Shown: in pieces, positions 37,385 to 47,880 of the stretch
How positions within the stretch are numbered: position 1 is the stretch's first letter
Layout of the letters: each line of letters starts with the position of its first letter
Virus record (IMG/VR): IMGVR_UViG_3300025683_000003
Length of the DNA: 64,000 nucleotides
Reading direction: 5' to 3' (one strand)
DNA from: a virus
Made by a program: the position numbers and the translations under genes
Notes under the pieces: generated by a model
What the model saw: only the letters and a program-made list of their open reading frames with translations
What the model was told of the DNA's origin: nothing
Databases searched by the model: none

Positions 37385-38391
37385 TAATTCCTAGTTTGAT
37401 TTAAAAAGTTACGAACTCTCTCGCGGTCAACTCCAGCTGAAGTTGTAGTAGATCCAGCAGTTGCACCATTAGTTAGTTTAGAAGATAAGCTTGCGCTAGA
37501 AGTTTCAGTTCCAGCATCAGCCTTCATTCCACCGCCAACATTACTTTTAGGTGATACTGTGTAGCTTCCACCATCATCTTCACCTTCGTCACCGCCATCA
37601 TCTTCAACTTTAGTTGATTTTGTGAACACGCTGTCAATAGCTTTAGGATCTAAAGAAGCAACGATAGATTGCTCTTCAACGGATAACGTTTTAAACAATG
37701 TACCAAGATCGCGAGCTTCTTTTTCCATACGGCCAATAATAACGTCATCAATAGGCATATACTGGTAGTCTACGCGCATTTTATTAGTGGCTGGATCTTT
37801 CGAAACAATACTTGCAATGTCTACTGTATATCCAACTTTACCTTTTTCGTCACGACTACGTTTAAAGTCAAATACAATCCCATTGTCTGGACCTGGATTA
37901 ATTGCATCAACTCCACGAGCATCAAGCTCTTCTAAACGCTTTTTAAGCGCTTGCCATCCAGTGTACTTAATTTTTAATACGCCAATTTCACCAGCTGGGT
38001 TAATAACATTAAGGTAGTATGATTTATCTGCATTTAAATTTTGTAACATTGATTTAAGACTCTCAATTACACGAGCTGGAGCGCCTTTTGTCTCTAGTTC
38101 AGCTAATTCGTTCTTTTTAGCTGCGATAGCATCTTCCAACGGATCAGCCTGTAGTACAACCTTATCTTTTCCAGTCTTACGAATAGATACTACTGGCTTC
38201 TTACTTGTTGCACCTTGCACCCAATAAATTTCCCAAAATTTTGCAATTGCACCTGTTTGCGTTTGTGATCCAAATGGTGGAAGAATTCTATAAAGATTTG
38301 ACCCATCAGCTAAGTAAAAGTTCTTTGTTTTTACGAACTTACTTCCATTTGAATTCAAATTACCAATACTAAATGATCCTACTTTAGACAT
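37384..38391 (-). CDS. gp32-like single-stranded DNA-binding protein
   Basis: N-terminal F.L..G.N.YRILPP; acidic VEDDGGDEGEDD tail; replication context. Confidence 0.65.
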   Translation of the reverse strand: MSKVGSFSIGNLNSNGSKFVKTKNFYLADGSNLYRILPPFGSQTQTGAIAKFWEIYWVQGATSKKPVVSIRKTGKDKVVLQADPLEDAIAAKKNELAELETKGAPARVIESLKSMLQNLNADKSYYLNVINPAGEIGVLKIKYTGWQALKKRLEELDARGVDAINPGPDNGIVFDFKRSRDEKGKVGYTVDIASIVSKDPATNKMRVDYQYMPIDDVIIGRMEKEARDLGTLFKTLSVEEQSIVASLDPKAIDSVFTKSTKVEDDGGDEGEDDGGSYTVSPKSNVGGGMKADAGTETSSASLSSKLTNGATAGSTTTSAGVDRERVRNFLNQTRN

Positions 38392-38414
38392 ATAATCTCC
38401 TTTGGCACTATGGC

Positions 38415-39179
38415 CTATTTTTTGTTTGTCTTTTTGTTTTGTTTTTTAGCTTCTTCTTTAAAATTCATTAATGCTTCAATCACTTCATTGGCATCCGTAT
38501 CTTTAGACACTTTTGTGCCAATTTTTGCCGTTTCGGTGATGATGGCAACCTGCTTACCAAGTGATTTAAACATCTCCAAATCCTCTTCATTTGCATTTCC
38601 AATGAATACAATTTTAACATCAGAGTCAGTGTTGGCCGTAATCTTTTCTCTGATAAGCTTTGCTGTGTAGATATTTTTAAGATCTGTCCCAAAGGTACGA
38701 TTAAAGATTGATGACATCTTCTCAACAGCCTTAGATGCAGTTTCCATTGAGCCAAAATCTGAAGCTTGGCCACTAATTTTTGGAATACTAAGGGCGTTGA
38801 TATCTTCTGCAAGTTTATACAGTAAGTTATTCATTATAAAAATTGTATTACTGTCAAATCGGTATGGAGGTCTTTGTGATCCAAAGATGTCGCCAAAGAA
38901 CTTCTTTTCTAATGCCAAAGCATCAACCAGCGCAGCTTCTGGGCCTAAATTACGTAACGCTTCAACGATCTGCCCTGTAATTGAAACTTCTTTTGTAGCA
39001 ATAAGAATGCGTACATTATTTAATGTCTCTTCATAAATGGCCTGCTCAATGACAGGAATTTCTTCCTTGGCTGCACGTTTTGCGCCCTCCATTGATGTGC
39101 GTGAATTTGGATTCCACTCACTAAGATCCTTTTTTGCTAGTTCCTTTAGATTTGCTAATCTTTCTTTGAGCTTTTTCAT
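38415..39179 (-). CDS. Hypothetical protein
   Basis: Probable start MKKLKE at 39179 (AAGGA SD), overlapping the dnaE tail. Confidence 0.6.
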   Translation of the reverse strand: MKKLKERLANLKELAKKDLSEWNPNSRTSMEGAKRAAKEEIPVIEQAIYEETLNNVRILIATKEVSITGQIVEALRNLGPEAALVDALALEKKFFGDIFGSQRPPYRFDSNTIFIMNNLLYKLAEDINALSIPKISGQASDFGSMETASKAVEKMSSIFNRTFGTDLKNIYTAKLIREKITANTDSDVKIVFIGNANEEDLEMFKSLGKQVAIITETAKIGTKVSKDTDANEVIEALMNFKEEAKKQNKKTNKK

Positions 39180-42100
39180 GTTTTTCCTTTTCTTTGCGCT
39201 CTTCAGCCGCATCTTTTAAAAAATTTATATTTTCAATTGGCAACAACTGTTTTACAACAATTGGAGCGCCATCGTCAGATTTTTTCGATATCACAAACAA
39301 GCATATACCATCTTCTATGCTTTTGTCAAGTCCATGGTTATCTTTACCCCAATCTGGAAATTTTATAAACTCATAAGCTTTATCTCCAATCTCTACAGTC
39401 ATGATCATCATCTTTTTCTTTTTATTATCGTAAGCCTTCTCTTCCATTGATGAAATGAAACCAACCACAGTTCCGTCTATGTAGTACCCTTCATCAATGG
39501 ATTGTTGAAGATAGTCAGGAGTTATGTGTAATTTTTGTCCTAAGTTTGCACCTTCAAACATTAGTACACCCTGCTCTCCTTCAATTAACACCTCTCTGTT
39601 CACCAGGAAAGGAACTACAATATTTTCAAGATTGTCAAAGTACACTTTATATACCGATTTCATCAATAAATATTCTTTAATAGGTGTTAGATTTCTATAC
39701 TCTTCAGGAACTGTCTCTGGATTTTTTTTACCTAAAACATCAGCCCTAACATTTAAGTATTCCTGCATTTTTTCAATATCATTCATACCTTCTTTAAAAA
39801 ATCTATCCAGAGTGCCAGAAAGAATAAGTTTGAACATGACACCTCTATTGAGGGCTGTTCTCTCTAGGATATCTCTTAGCGATGTGAATGGTCTAAACTC
39901 AAGTATTTGTGAGATTGCAGATGTCCCAACACCGTTAATAAAATTAATTGGGGCTAAAATCTTTTCCTGGTCTCCATCTTCTACAATCTGGAATTGATCT
40001 GTAGACAGGTTGATGTCAGGCATTTTTACGACATTACAAACTCTTGGCCACAATTTAATAAGATCTTCCTTAGATGCATTAGTTAATACTGCTGTCCACC
40101 ATTCAATTGGGAAATAAAGCTTTAAAAATCCACAGGCTCTGGCTACATAACTGTACGAAATTGCATGTGATTTATTGAAACTGTACTTACCAGATGCTTT
40201 TAGTTGCTCAACTAATGAGTTTACCTGATCTTCACTCCAACCCTTATCTAAAAGATTTTCTTTCACTTTGTGTAATAGTTTAATTAAGACATCGCCAGAT
40301 TTTTTAGAGATGGCTTTTCTAAATTGATTGGTTTCGGGCATTGTTAGTCCACCAAGCTCATGAACAATCCTCATTGATTGCTCTTGGAAAACTATAACCC
40401 CAACCGTACTTTCGATAATTGGCTTCATATCTTCATGTATATACTTAACATACTGCCTATTGTTCCATCTAAATAGGAACATGTCAGCCATTGTCATGCC
40501 TGGCTCTTCAGATGGAGCATCCATGGCTCCTGGACGAAATACAGATGTTAGGATTGCAGCCTCTTGGACGCTCTGAGGCTTCATTGATCTTAGTCCAGGT
40601 CGAATTGTTTCTGTATGAAACTGAAATACAGTGGTGGGATCTTCGGTAATTGCATTCCACACCTCAGGGTCGTCTGGTATTTTCCATGGGTCAATATCGT
40701 ATCCATGCCTTTTTTTAACTAAATTTAAAGCTACACGGATATCTTCTAAGGTACTGAGCCCCAAGATATCGTATTTAACTCCGCCAGATTTTTCTACCCA
40801 TTTTGGCATTAATTGTGTGGTTGGCTCGTCCGATACTTTCATCATCGGGATAAATTCTTGAACTGGAATATCTGATATGATTACGCCAGCAGCATGACGT
40901 CCCATTTGTCTTGGAAGTTTAGTCATTTTCATTAAAAAATCATAATGCTGTGGATTATTATTTAAATAATATTTAAATGAATCGTTTGAATCAATAAATC
41001 CTTCGTGATATATGCCGTCAGCATCTGTATGTCCATTTAAAAAATCTAGCTCATTAAGACCTTGTCCTGTATGTGGTATTAGCTTACATATCTGCTCAGT
41101 CTCTTTTCGAACTTCACCATACAAGTATCTATCTACATCTTTTAAAATAGATTTTGTTTTAAAGGTGGAGGAGATTCCTAGGTAGGCAAACGAATCGCCA
41201 TACTCTGCCTTTAACATATCGACCACTTTACTTCTATCACTAAAGTCGGAGTCGATATCGGCTAATCCGTCAACAATACGAGTCGCATCAAAAAATCTTT
41301 CAAACGATAAGTCTTCAATAATTGGATCTACAGCTGTGATGCCTAAAGCATAGGCTAATAGTGAGCCTGCTGCCGAACCACGGCCTGGGCCAGTTGTTAC
41401 ATCGTTTACCTTACACCAGTCAAATACCTTATTTAAAAATAACATATATCTAGCTAAATTTGTATGCCCATTGTAGTACAGGGCATCAATCTCTCTCATT
41501 AAACGATCAAAATAGATTTCATTTCCTAAGTCGATAATTTTCTTATTTTGTACTAATTCCATTGTATAATTCAGAAGCTCATCGTCTGTAGATAGCTCTT
41601 GTTTTTCAATAACAATATTCCCAGACGGCTGTGTAATACTCTTGTCAATAACTATCTTTGGCAATCTAAATTCAAACTTTGGCTCAAAACTTTTAAAATT
41701 GCCAAGCATGTCATAAGAATTATCTACCCACTTCTCAAACATATTCTCGTTTACTTCTTCTGGATGAAGACGCAACATTTCTTCATAAATCCACTCAGTA
41801 GAATGTAGGCAATTGGCGTCGGACATTTTCCATGTCCCTTTGCCATCCTTGTTAATTCTACAATTGTGAACAATAAAACCTTCAGCTACAAAATTGTTAT
41901 CATTACCAACTTGTAGATCATATACTGGTACTTGATTTATTATATTTTTTTTAACATAACAGATTCTTCTATAGAATCCTTCGGAAGTCTCTATGGTATG
42001 GTAATTTATACGATTTGTGACTCGCACATAATCGTATTTTTCGCCTATAATTTCACAAAATTTATTTGAATAAAAAGTGTTGAAGTATATTGAGTATGTT

Positions 42101-43836
42101 GGCTTAGTGTAACATTTAACTCCTCCACGAATAGTCTCTGTGCCACTCCGATTGTCATTTTTAAATATTAAACCCCTAGAAAGGGCCCACAAGCTCATAA
42201 TCCCAATTGGCTGAGGAGCGCTAAGTACGATTGAGAGGTAGTCTTCATTCTTCCTGCCATCAGCATCATAGAGACCGTACACAAACATATCCTGCTGTTT
42301 TTTTGTTAAACTAAAAAAAATATCAATAGGTATATTTTTTAAATCATTGTTATAAAAATTTTTCTTTAGCCATCTAGAAAAATGCCCTCCACCAATACTG
42401 TAAACGTCTATGCCTTTATGTCCAGCTTTATTTTTAGACACACGCAAGTCTCCCAGATTGGCGGCTAAACTTTTTAAATACCCTACAGCTTTTACATTTT
42501 TAGTGTCGATAACAAAAACTGTATCTTTACCATTTTTGCTATACCCATCCCCTAAAAATAATCCTAACATGTACGCATCAGTGTCGCTTATTTTAGTTTT
42601 TATTGGGTATAATCTAGTACTGCCATCTAAATTATTTCTCACAGATGATCTGTTATCATCCTCTAAGTTGTTAATTAAAAAATCTGAAAAATCAAAATAC
42701 GCTCCATTCCCGCTTGGCAAGTTTACCTTCGGAGTATAGACGTAATGATCCAAGGTCAGATCTTTGGCCTGAACCCATTGCGGTTCTTCGGATTCAAAAT
42801 CTACTCTTCTTGATTTAAACGACTTTTTTTTCATTTTTTTTGCCAATACAAGATGATCTTCCGTCATCTCGACAAAATTATTCTTTCGGCTCATTGATAT
42901 CTGAACTTTATTTTTTTTAGAATATAGCCCTCTTGTCGCTTCAACTAGATTCATTTTTCCTGAGTTAGATAAGACTCTGTCTCCGACCTTTACGTCCTCG
43001 ATTTTTTTCAGACCGTTGTCCGTTGTAATAATAGTGCCTGCCGACAAGCAGTCTTGCAACATCTTATCTTCTTCTTTTGCATAGTGGGCATCTTCGGATA
43101 TAATCACAGGTACATTGTATTTTTTAGATAGATGAAAAATCCATTTGTTGACATCAACTTGTAACTTTCCTGATGGACAACATTCTGTTGGTGGGATTGG
43201 ATCAAATGTTTTAGTTTTTCCATTCCAATTTTTAGAGACTTCGTATGGGAGTATCTCTGCAAAGAATTTACCAGGGCCAGCAATGTCTTTTAGTCTTTTA
43301 AAGTATCTCTCACTTACTTCTTTACGATTGTTCATAAAGTTCTTACCCACTGGACTAATCATACATCCAGAAGTAAGTGTGACCTTACCAGACATGCTGC
43401 GTAATTCATCCCACGTCCACAATGGTTTTAACTCTCCACCTTTCCAAATAGATCTATCGTATGATGTTTTACTAATCTTCGACCCATCAAGATAGGAGTT
43501 AAAATCACTAAAATGCATTGTTAAATGGTAATATTCGGCTTTTACAGTACCTTTTTCGTTAGGTATTAGAGATGGATCATCGTGATCAGGCTGTAAATAT
43601 ATCTCGATGCCTGGAATAATCGTAATGTTTATGTTTTCTTTTTTCTTTAATTCTTTAGAAAAGTCGTGCGCTTCTAAAAGGGCAGACATCATGCCATGGT
43701 CTGTAATAGCTATCGCTGTACGACCAAAATCTTTAGCAGCGCTGCGTATAAAGTCTTGGGTGGAGTTACCTGAGTCAAGAGACCCAGATACGTGATTATG
43801 AGGGCCTACAATTGTTTTATTATTAAATCTAGACAA
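39121..43836 (-). CDS. dnaE: DNA polymerase III alpha subunit (family C) with one intein
   Basis: TTG start with an AGGAGG SD; PHP motifs HNH/TDHG/GIE/EDAHY; GRGSAAGS; DIDSD; HAAGV; KYDILGL; FQEQ; FNKSHA. Confidence 0.95.
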   Translation of the reverse strand: MSRFNNKTIVGPHNHVSGSLDSGNSTQDFIRSAAKDFGRTAIAITDHGMMSALLEAHDFSKELKKKENINITIIPGIEIYLQPDHDDPSLIPNEKGTVKAEYYHLTMHFSDFNSYLDGSKISKTSYDRSIWKGGELKPLWTWDELRSMSGKVTLTSGCMISPVGKNFMNNRKEVSERYFKRLKDIAGPGKFFAEILPYEVSKNWNGKTKTFDPIPPTECCPSGKLQVDVNKWIFHLSKKYNVPVIISEDAHYAKEEDKMLQDCLSAGTIITTDNGLKKIEDVKVGDRVLSNSGKMNLVEATRGLYSKKNKVQISMSRKNNFVEMTEDHLVLAKKMKKKSFKSRRVDFESEEPQWVQAKDLTLDHYVYTPKVNLPSGNGAYFDFSDFLINNLEDDNRSSVRNNLDGSTRLYPIKTKISDTDAYMLGLFLGDGYSKNGKDTVFVIDTKNVKAVGYLKSLAANLGDLRVSKNKAGHKGIDVYSIGGGHFSRWLKKNFYNNDLKNIPIDIFFSLTKKQQDMFVYGLYDADGRKNEDYLSIVLSAPQPIGIMSLWALSRGLIFKNDNRSGTETIRGGVKCYTKPTYSIYFNTFYSNKFCEIIGEKYDYVRVTNRINYHTIETSEGFYRRICYVKKNIINQVPVYDLQVGNDNNFVAEGFIVHNCRINKDGKGTWKMSDANCLHSTEWIYEEMLRLHPEEVNENMFEKWVDNSYDMLGNFKSFEPKFEFRLPKIVIDKSITQPSGNIVIEKQELSTDDELLNYTMELVQNKKIIDLGNEIYFDRLMREIDALYYNGHTNLARYMLFLNKVFDWCKVNDVTTGPGRGSAAGSLLAYALGITAVDPIIEDLSFERFFDATRIVDGLADIDSDFSDRSKVVDMLKAEYGDSFAYLGISSTFKTKSILKDVDRYLYGEVRKETEQICKLIPHTGQGLNELDFLNGHTDADGIYHEGFIDSNDSFKYYLNNNPQHYDFLMKMTKLPRQMGRHAAGVIISDIPVQEFIPMMKVSDEPTTQLMPKWVEKSGGVKYDILGLSTLEDIRVALNLVKKRHGYDIDPWKIPDDPEVWNAITEDPTTVFQFHTETIRPGLRSMKPQSVQEAAILTSVFRPGAMDAPSEEPGMTMADMFLFRWNNRQYVKYIHEDMKPIIESTVGVIVFQEQSMRIVHELGGLTMPETNQFRKAISKKSGDVLIKLLHKVKENLLDKGWSEDQVNSLVEQLKASGKYSFNKSHAISYSYVARACGFLKLYFPIEWWTAVLTNASKEDLIKLWPRVCNVVKMPDINLSTDQFQIVEDGDQEKILAPINFINGVGTSAISQILEFRPFTSLRDILERTALNRGVMFKLILSGTLDRFFKEGMNDIEKMQEYLNVRADVLGKKNPETVPEEYRNLTPIKEYLLMKSVYKVYFDNLENIVVPFLVNREVLIEGEQGVLMFEGANLGQKLHITPDYLQQSIDEGYYIDGTVVGFISSMEEKAYDNKKKKMMIMTVEIGDKAYEFIKFPDWGKDNHGLDKSIEDGICLFVISKKSDDGAPIVVKQLLPIENINFLKDAAEERKEKEKHEKAQRKISKSKGTSKKGS
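41863..43050 (-). mobile_element. Intein (396 aa) with a LAGLIDADG homing endonuclease, inside the DnaE PHP domain
   Basis: Starts C-LSAGT (codon 43050-43048), ends VYDLQV..NNFVAEGFIVHN, followed by a +1 Cys; LGLFLGDG and YGLYDADG motifs. Confidence 0.93.
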
Positions 43837-43854
43837 AGCTCCTCCTAGTGGGAA

Positions 43855-44103
43855 TTACTCTGAATCTACATTAATATTCAGCTTTTGTCTAGCCTTTAAA
43901 ATTATTCTGTTATATATTGATACAACTTCTTGAACAGATAAGCCCAAAAAGTGAGCTATATTTGGATCTGTAGTTCCATTTGGATTATTTTGTATAAATC
44001 TTTTTAAGCTGTTTTTATGTTTTTTAGAATTAATAAAATCAAAATCATCAGAAGCAGCCATTTTTACTGTATTTTTTTTATCTTGGTCTGGATTGACTGA
44101 CAT
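43855..44103 (-). CDS. Small HTH protein (sigma region 4-like)
   Basis: TDPNIAHFLGLSVQEVVSIYNRIILKAR. Confidence 0.5.
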   Translation of the reverse strand: MSVNPDQDKKNTVKMAASDDFDFINSKKHKNSLKRFIQNNPNGTTDPNIAHFLGLSVQEVVSIYNRIILKARQKLNINVDSE

Positions 44104-44104
44104 A

Positions 44105-44802
44105 TTAACCTCTTTGTGGGAATTTGAGTATTTTTCCCTTTTTATTGTTTAGACGAAAGACTCGAAGCTGCTCTCTTAGTTTCTCAGCTTCTTTTTTCTT
44201 TTCTTTCATAAAATAGTTCATTCTCTGAATGGACTCGTACTGTCTCTTTAGGGCATCAACAATGTGAGTAAGGTCGTGGCGGATGGACCGAAATTCAGAT
44301 AGGGATACCGTCACGTCTGTAGTTTTAAGATGAGTTACGGCATAGTTAGTTTGCTTTAAAAATTCAGCAGTAAGCTCAATCTCAAGCATAGTCTCTTGTA
44401 TCCCCTCAGCAGCCACAAGACATGCCTTCTCTGCCCCAACAATAGCTTGGAGCAGATATTCTTCTGTCACTAAGGTTATAACTTCATTAGACACTACTTA
44501 ACCTTTTTCCTATCTCCACATGTATTACATGTGCTATAAACTCTATCTAATATCTCAAACATCTCAAGATGTCCCTTGCCACACGCTTCACACTTCTTTA
44601 AACTAGCTTCAGACACATTAAACGATTCAACTTCCATAACTTCAGTTAATATTTCTTCATAATCCTGCACAATGTCTTCGTATCTGTGCTTTTGTTTTTT
44701 GTGAAATCCAAGCTGCTTTTCTAGCTGATTCACTCTCTTCTGAAGCTCTCTACATTTGCCCTTCCAAAACTCTTCTGCTGTCTTTTCTTTCTTTTTAGGC
44801 AT
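44105..44802 (-). CDS. Two coiled-coil ORFs (44105..44494; 44494..44802 with a CxxC..CxxC ribbon)
   Basis: TAATG coupling; CEACG and CNTCG. Confidence 0.6.
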
Positions 44803-44816
44803 TATAGCGGCCTTTC

Positions 44817-46490
44817 TTATTTAATAGTATATTTTCCGTCAATATAGTTAATCAATTGGACTTGATTGTTTGGGTATCTAATCGCATCTGTATGCGTCCA
44901 CGATGAGGGGCCTCGATTATATCCTTGGCGTTTTTGGGATAGGGTCCCCACACGGAATACTTTTCTTAAAATACCTGGCGTATGTGAATGTCCAGAGATT
45001 GCAGCACCCCAACCTTTTTCAATACCAGCAAGACCTGGCTGTCTTTGGCCATTTCTTCCAATATGTCCATGAACTATATTAAATACACCAAATTTAATGT
45101 CATCATTAATGTCTGGGAATTGCAATTTACCACTAGCCACTAATTTATCAAAATCCTTAATTACTCCAGATAGGCGCAATCCCTCAACAAAAGGATCTTT
45201 CCCTTCCAACATCAGATCAGATAATTTACAGCCGATACGAAAATTTCTAGAGTCTTTAATAAAAGACCCTTTACGTAGATATCTTGCCAAGAAGTCATCA
45301 TGGTTAGATGGGACAACAATGACATTCTCTGTTATTTTTAGCATATCTTGTAAGTGTTTTGCTACCATAGCCAATTCATCTTCGATAGTAGCTCTGTCTT
45401 TTTTTGACAAAGCAGCCTGCTGAATCACATCGTCGGCAATGTGATGATTGCAACTAGCTCCATCAAAAAGGTCATTCTCAGCAATTGTTTTAATTTTTAA
45501 AGCTTTTATTAGCAAATTTGAAGTTGCTACAGCTACCTTATCTTCTACACCAATGTGGATATCTCCACGCACCATTTCTGGAGATTTCTTGAAATAGCTT
45601 TCAATTTTATGAACTTTTTTACCCAGATAATAGTTTCCATCTACATCACAAAATCCACCGTTCTGATCGAACTGCACTTGTCGAAAGTGATAAACTTTAT
45701 CGTTCTCAATTTCAACTATAACTCCACCCATAACGTGATCATTAGTAGCAATCCATGCAGTTCTCATTGCATTACCTTTTGATGTTTTATAGTTTGGAAG
45801 GGTAATAGCTCCGCTAGACATTCCTGCGTTTGGGTATTTAGACGCATTACTAACAGACTCATACTCTAATGATTGCTTAGGAGACCCAAAAATCATGGAA
45901 CCCTTTTTTTGAACATGTCTACCAATTCCAGTGAGGGGATTGATTTGCTTTGCTGTAACAAAATAATCTGAGATTCTAAAATTTGAGTTTAATGACAATC
46001 CGCCAAATAAAAGTGGCAGCTTTAACAATTCAGCATCAAAATGCCATTCAATTTCATTGTCTAAATTGTGAGCAGTGTCTAGGGATGGAAGAATGATAAT
46101 CCCACCGTTTTTCTTTTTCTGCCAAGATCTTACAGATTCCAATCCCTCAGAGAAAACTCTTTGTCCAGAGATTGCCGCAGTGATAAAAAATCTTTTCTTA
46201 CCACTTAAAGCTTTCTTAGCCTTATCTGTATAAAGAACGGTGTCTTTTTCGGCTATTGCACCAGAGAATAGATGTGGATAAACAACCCGAGTTTCTGCTC
46301 GTAGATTGTTTAAAGATCTAAAGTAATGACGCCATTTCTCTCTTGATACTCCAGCGTCATGCAAATCCATGATAGATGGGAATAAATCCACATCTACCAT
46401 TAATTTAGAGTAGATATCAATTATCTGCCGCTTAATTTTAGTAGCAGCCTCAGCCTTCTTATTCTGCTGAAGTATCTTCTTGTTGCTCAT
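44817..46490 (-). CDS. T5 A1-like metallophosphoesterase-fold protein
   Basis: RFFITAA; GDIH; DLFDG...NHH; SNHD; HGH.G.NG; GHSHTP; YNRGPSSWTH, as recalled for the A1 family. Confidence 0.65.
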   Translation of the reverse strand: MSNKKILQQNKKAEAATKIKRQIIDIYSKLMVDVDLFPSIMDLHDAGVSREKWRHYFRSLNNLRAETRVVYPHLFSGAIAEKDTVLYTDKAKKALSGKKRFFITAAISGQRVFSEGLESVRSWQKKKNGGIIILPSLDTAHNLDNEIEWHFDAELLKLPLLFGGLSLNSNFRISDYFVTAKQINPLTGIGRHVQKKGSMIFGSPKQSLEYESVSNASKYPNAGMSSGAITLPNYKTSKGNAMRTAWIATNDHVMGGVIVEIENDKVYHFRQVQFDQNGGFCDVDGNYYLGKKVHKIESYFKKSPEMVRGDIHIGVEDKVAVATSNLLIKALKIKTIAENDLFDGASCNHHIADDVIQQAALSKKDRATIEDELAMVAKHLQDMLKITENVIVVPSNHDDFLARYLRKGSFIKDSRNFRIGCKLSDLMLEGKDPFVEGLRLSGVIKDFDKLVASGKLQFPDINDDIKFGVFNIVHGHIGRNGQRQPGLAGIEKGWGAAISGHSHTPGILRKVFRVGTLSQKRQGYNRGPSSWTHTDAIRYPNNQVQLINYIDGKYTIK

Positions 46491-47010
46491 CAGTAGCCTC
46501 TTCTTTTACAAGTGAGTAAATTCCTACGATTTTTGCTTCTTGATTATTTAACATTACAGCAGAATCTACCGTTTTGCCAATAATATCTGCATTTGCTCCG
46601 TCTTTTTGTAAATCTGACACAGGTGAAGTGGCAAACAAAACTTCATCCGAAGTTACAGCTACAATTGAATTTTCAAAAACTTGAGACTCGACCTTGAGTC
46701 TCCCTTGAGCCAACCCTTCCTGGATTGAATTTTTAATTAATTGAGCTTGATTTTCTGCCATCTTTTTAGAAATGTTCTCTTCGGTCAACTTAGACTTACC
46801 TTTTGATAAATCCATAATGGCGCGAATAACTTCTGTATTTACTTGAGTCTGCTGATATGTAGTCTCTACAGCTGCTTGCAATTGGCCACTTCTTTGAGCT
46901 AACTCATTGATGTTACCATAATGAGCTTGCAACACCACTAAAATACTATCTACAGCTTTTTCAAGATCGTAGAATCTCTCTGTTAAGCTTTTTTGTTTAG
47001 TTTCTGTCAT
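46459..47010 (-). CDS. Hypothetical coiled-coil protein
   Basis: 183 aa; GGAGA SD. Confidence 0.6.
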   Translation of the reverse strand: MTETKQKSLTERFYDLEKAVDSILVVLQAHYGNINELAQRSGQLQAAVETTYQQTQVNTEVIRAIMDLSKGKSKLTEENISKKMAENQAQLIKNSIQEGLAQGRLKVESQVFENSIVAVTSDEVLFATSPVSDLQKDGANADIIGKTVDSAVMLNNQEAKIVGIYSLVKEEATDEQQEDTSAE

Positions 47011-47020
47011 ATCTTTCTCC

Positions 47021-47866
47021 CTATTCGTCTAGACTGTCGGCTGGTGAGGCATTATCTGTATGAATACCTGCCATTTGGTTTATAATATTTCCTAATAATT
47101 GATTACTTGTCTTAACTGTACTCTGATTGATACCCTCTGTAGTCATCACAACTCCAGATTGATTCATCTGATACATGGCACCTAATTGCGCTGCATTAGG
47201 CATTGCCTTTGGTTTAGGGAGGTTCCTATTCTTTTTCTGCGCTGTTACAGCCTGTTTTTTAGCTTGAGCTGCCTGCTGCTTTGCTGGAGTCTGAGATTGC
47301 TGTTTTTGCACTGGCTTTGATTGCTGCTGAGTTTTAGGCTGCTGCATAGCAGGTTGTACAGGTCTAGCCTGCTGCATTTTCGGTTGTGCTGTCTCTTGAA
47401 TCTGAATAGCGTTCATTGTCGGCACTTTTTCTTCTGACTGCTGAACTGAAGGCTCTCTTTTTGTTATTTTGGACGCAAGAATTTTTAGGGCTGAAACTTC
47501 TTGCTCAGAGAATGGTGACTCTACCTTTTGCTGAATAACTTTAACTTCTTCTTTGGCTGGACGAAGACCTAATAAAATTTCTAATTCTTTTTTAGCAAAC
47601 TCTCTAACTTTTTTATTTACAGAACGTAAAATATCTGGACTTGCAGATCCTTCAGAGAATACAGGCTGTTTAATAAGAAGTTTGAATAAATTCGCTTCCT
47701 CAATTCGTTTAACTGCCTGACTCATTGTGGCATCAATATCTTCGTCATCTGATTCGTCAGACTGCTCTAAGCTATCAAGAATTTCATCAGCAGAGTCTTC
47801 TGCTGAATCTGCGGCCTCCTGCTCTTGAGCCTGAAGATCTTCTTCCATATCATCAAAATTAAACAT
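47021..47866 (-). CDS. Hypothetical protein with an acidic N-terminus and a Gln-rich low-complexity region
   Basis: D/E-rich first 45 aa; QQARPVQPAMQQPKTQQQ tract. Confidence 0.7.
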   Translation of the reverse strand: MFNFDDMEEDLQAQEQEAADSAEDSADEILDSLEQSDESDDEDIDATMSQAVKRIEEANLFKLLIKQPVFSEGSASPDILRSVNKKVREFAKKELEILLGLRPAKEEVKVIQQKVESPFSEQEVSALKILASKITKREPSVQQSEEKVPTMNAIQIQETAQPKMQQARPVQPAMQQPKTQQQSKPVQKQQSQTPAKQQAAQAKKQAVTAQKKNRNLPKPKAMPNAAQLGAMYQMNQSGVVMTTEGINQSTVKTSNQLLGNIINQMAGIHTDNASPADSLDE

Positions 47867-47880
47867 AAATACCTCGTGTA

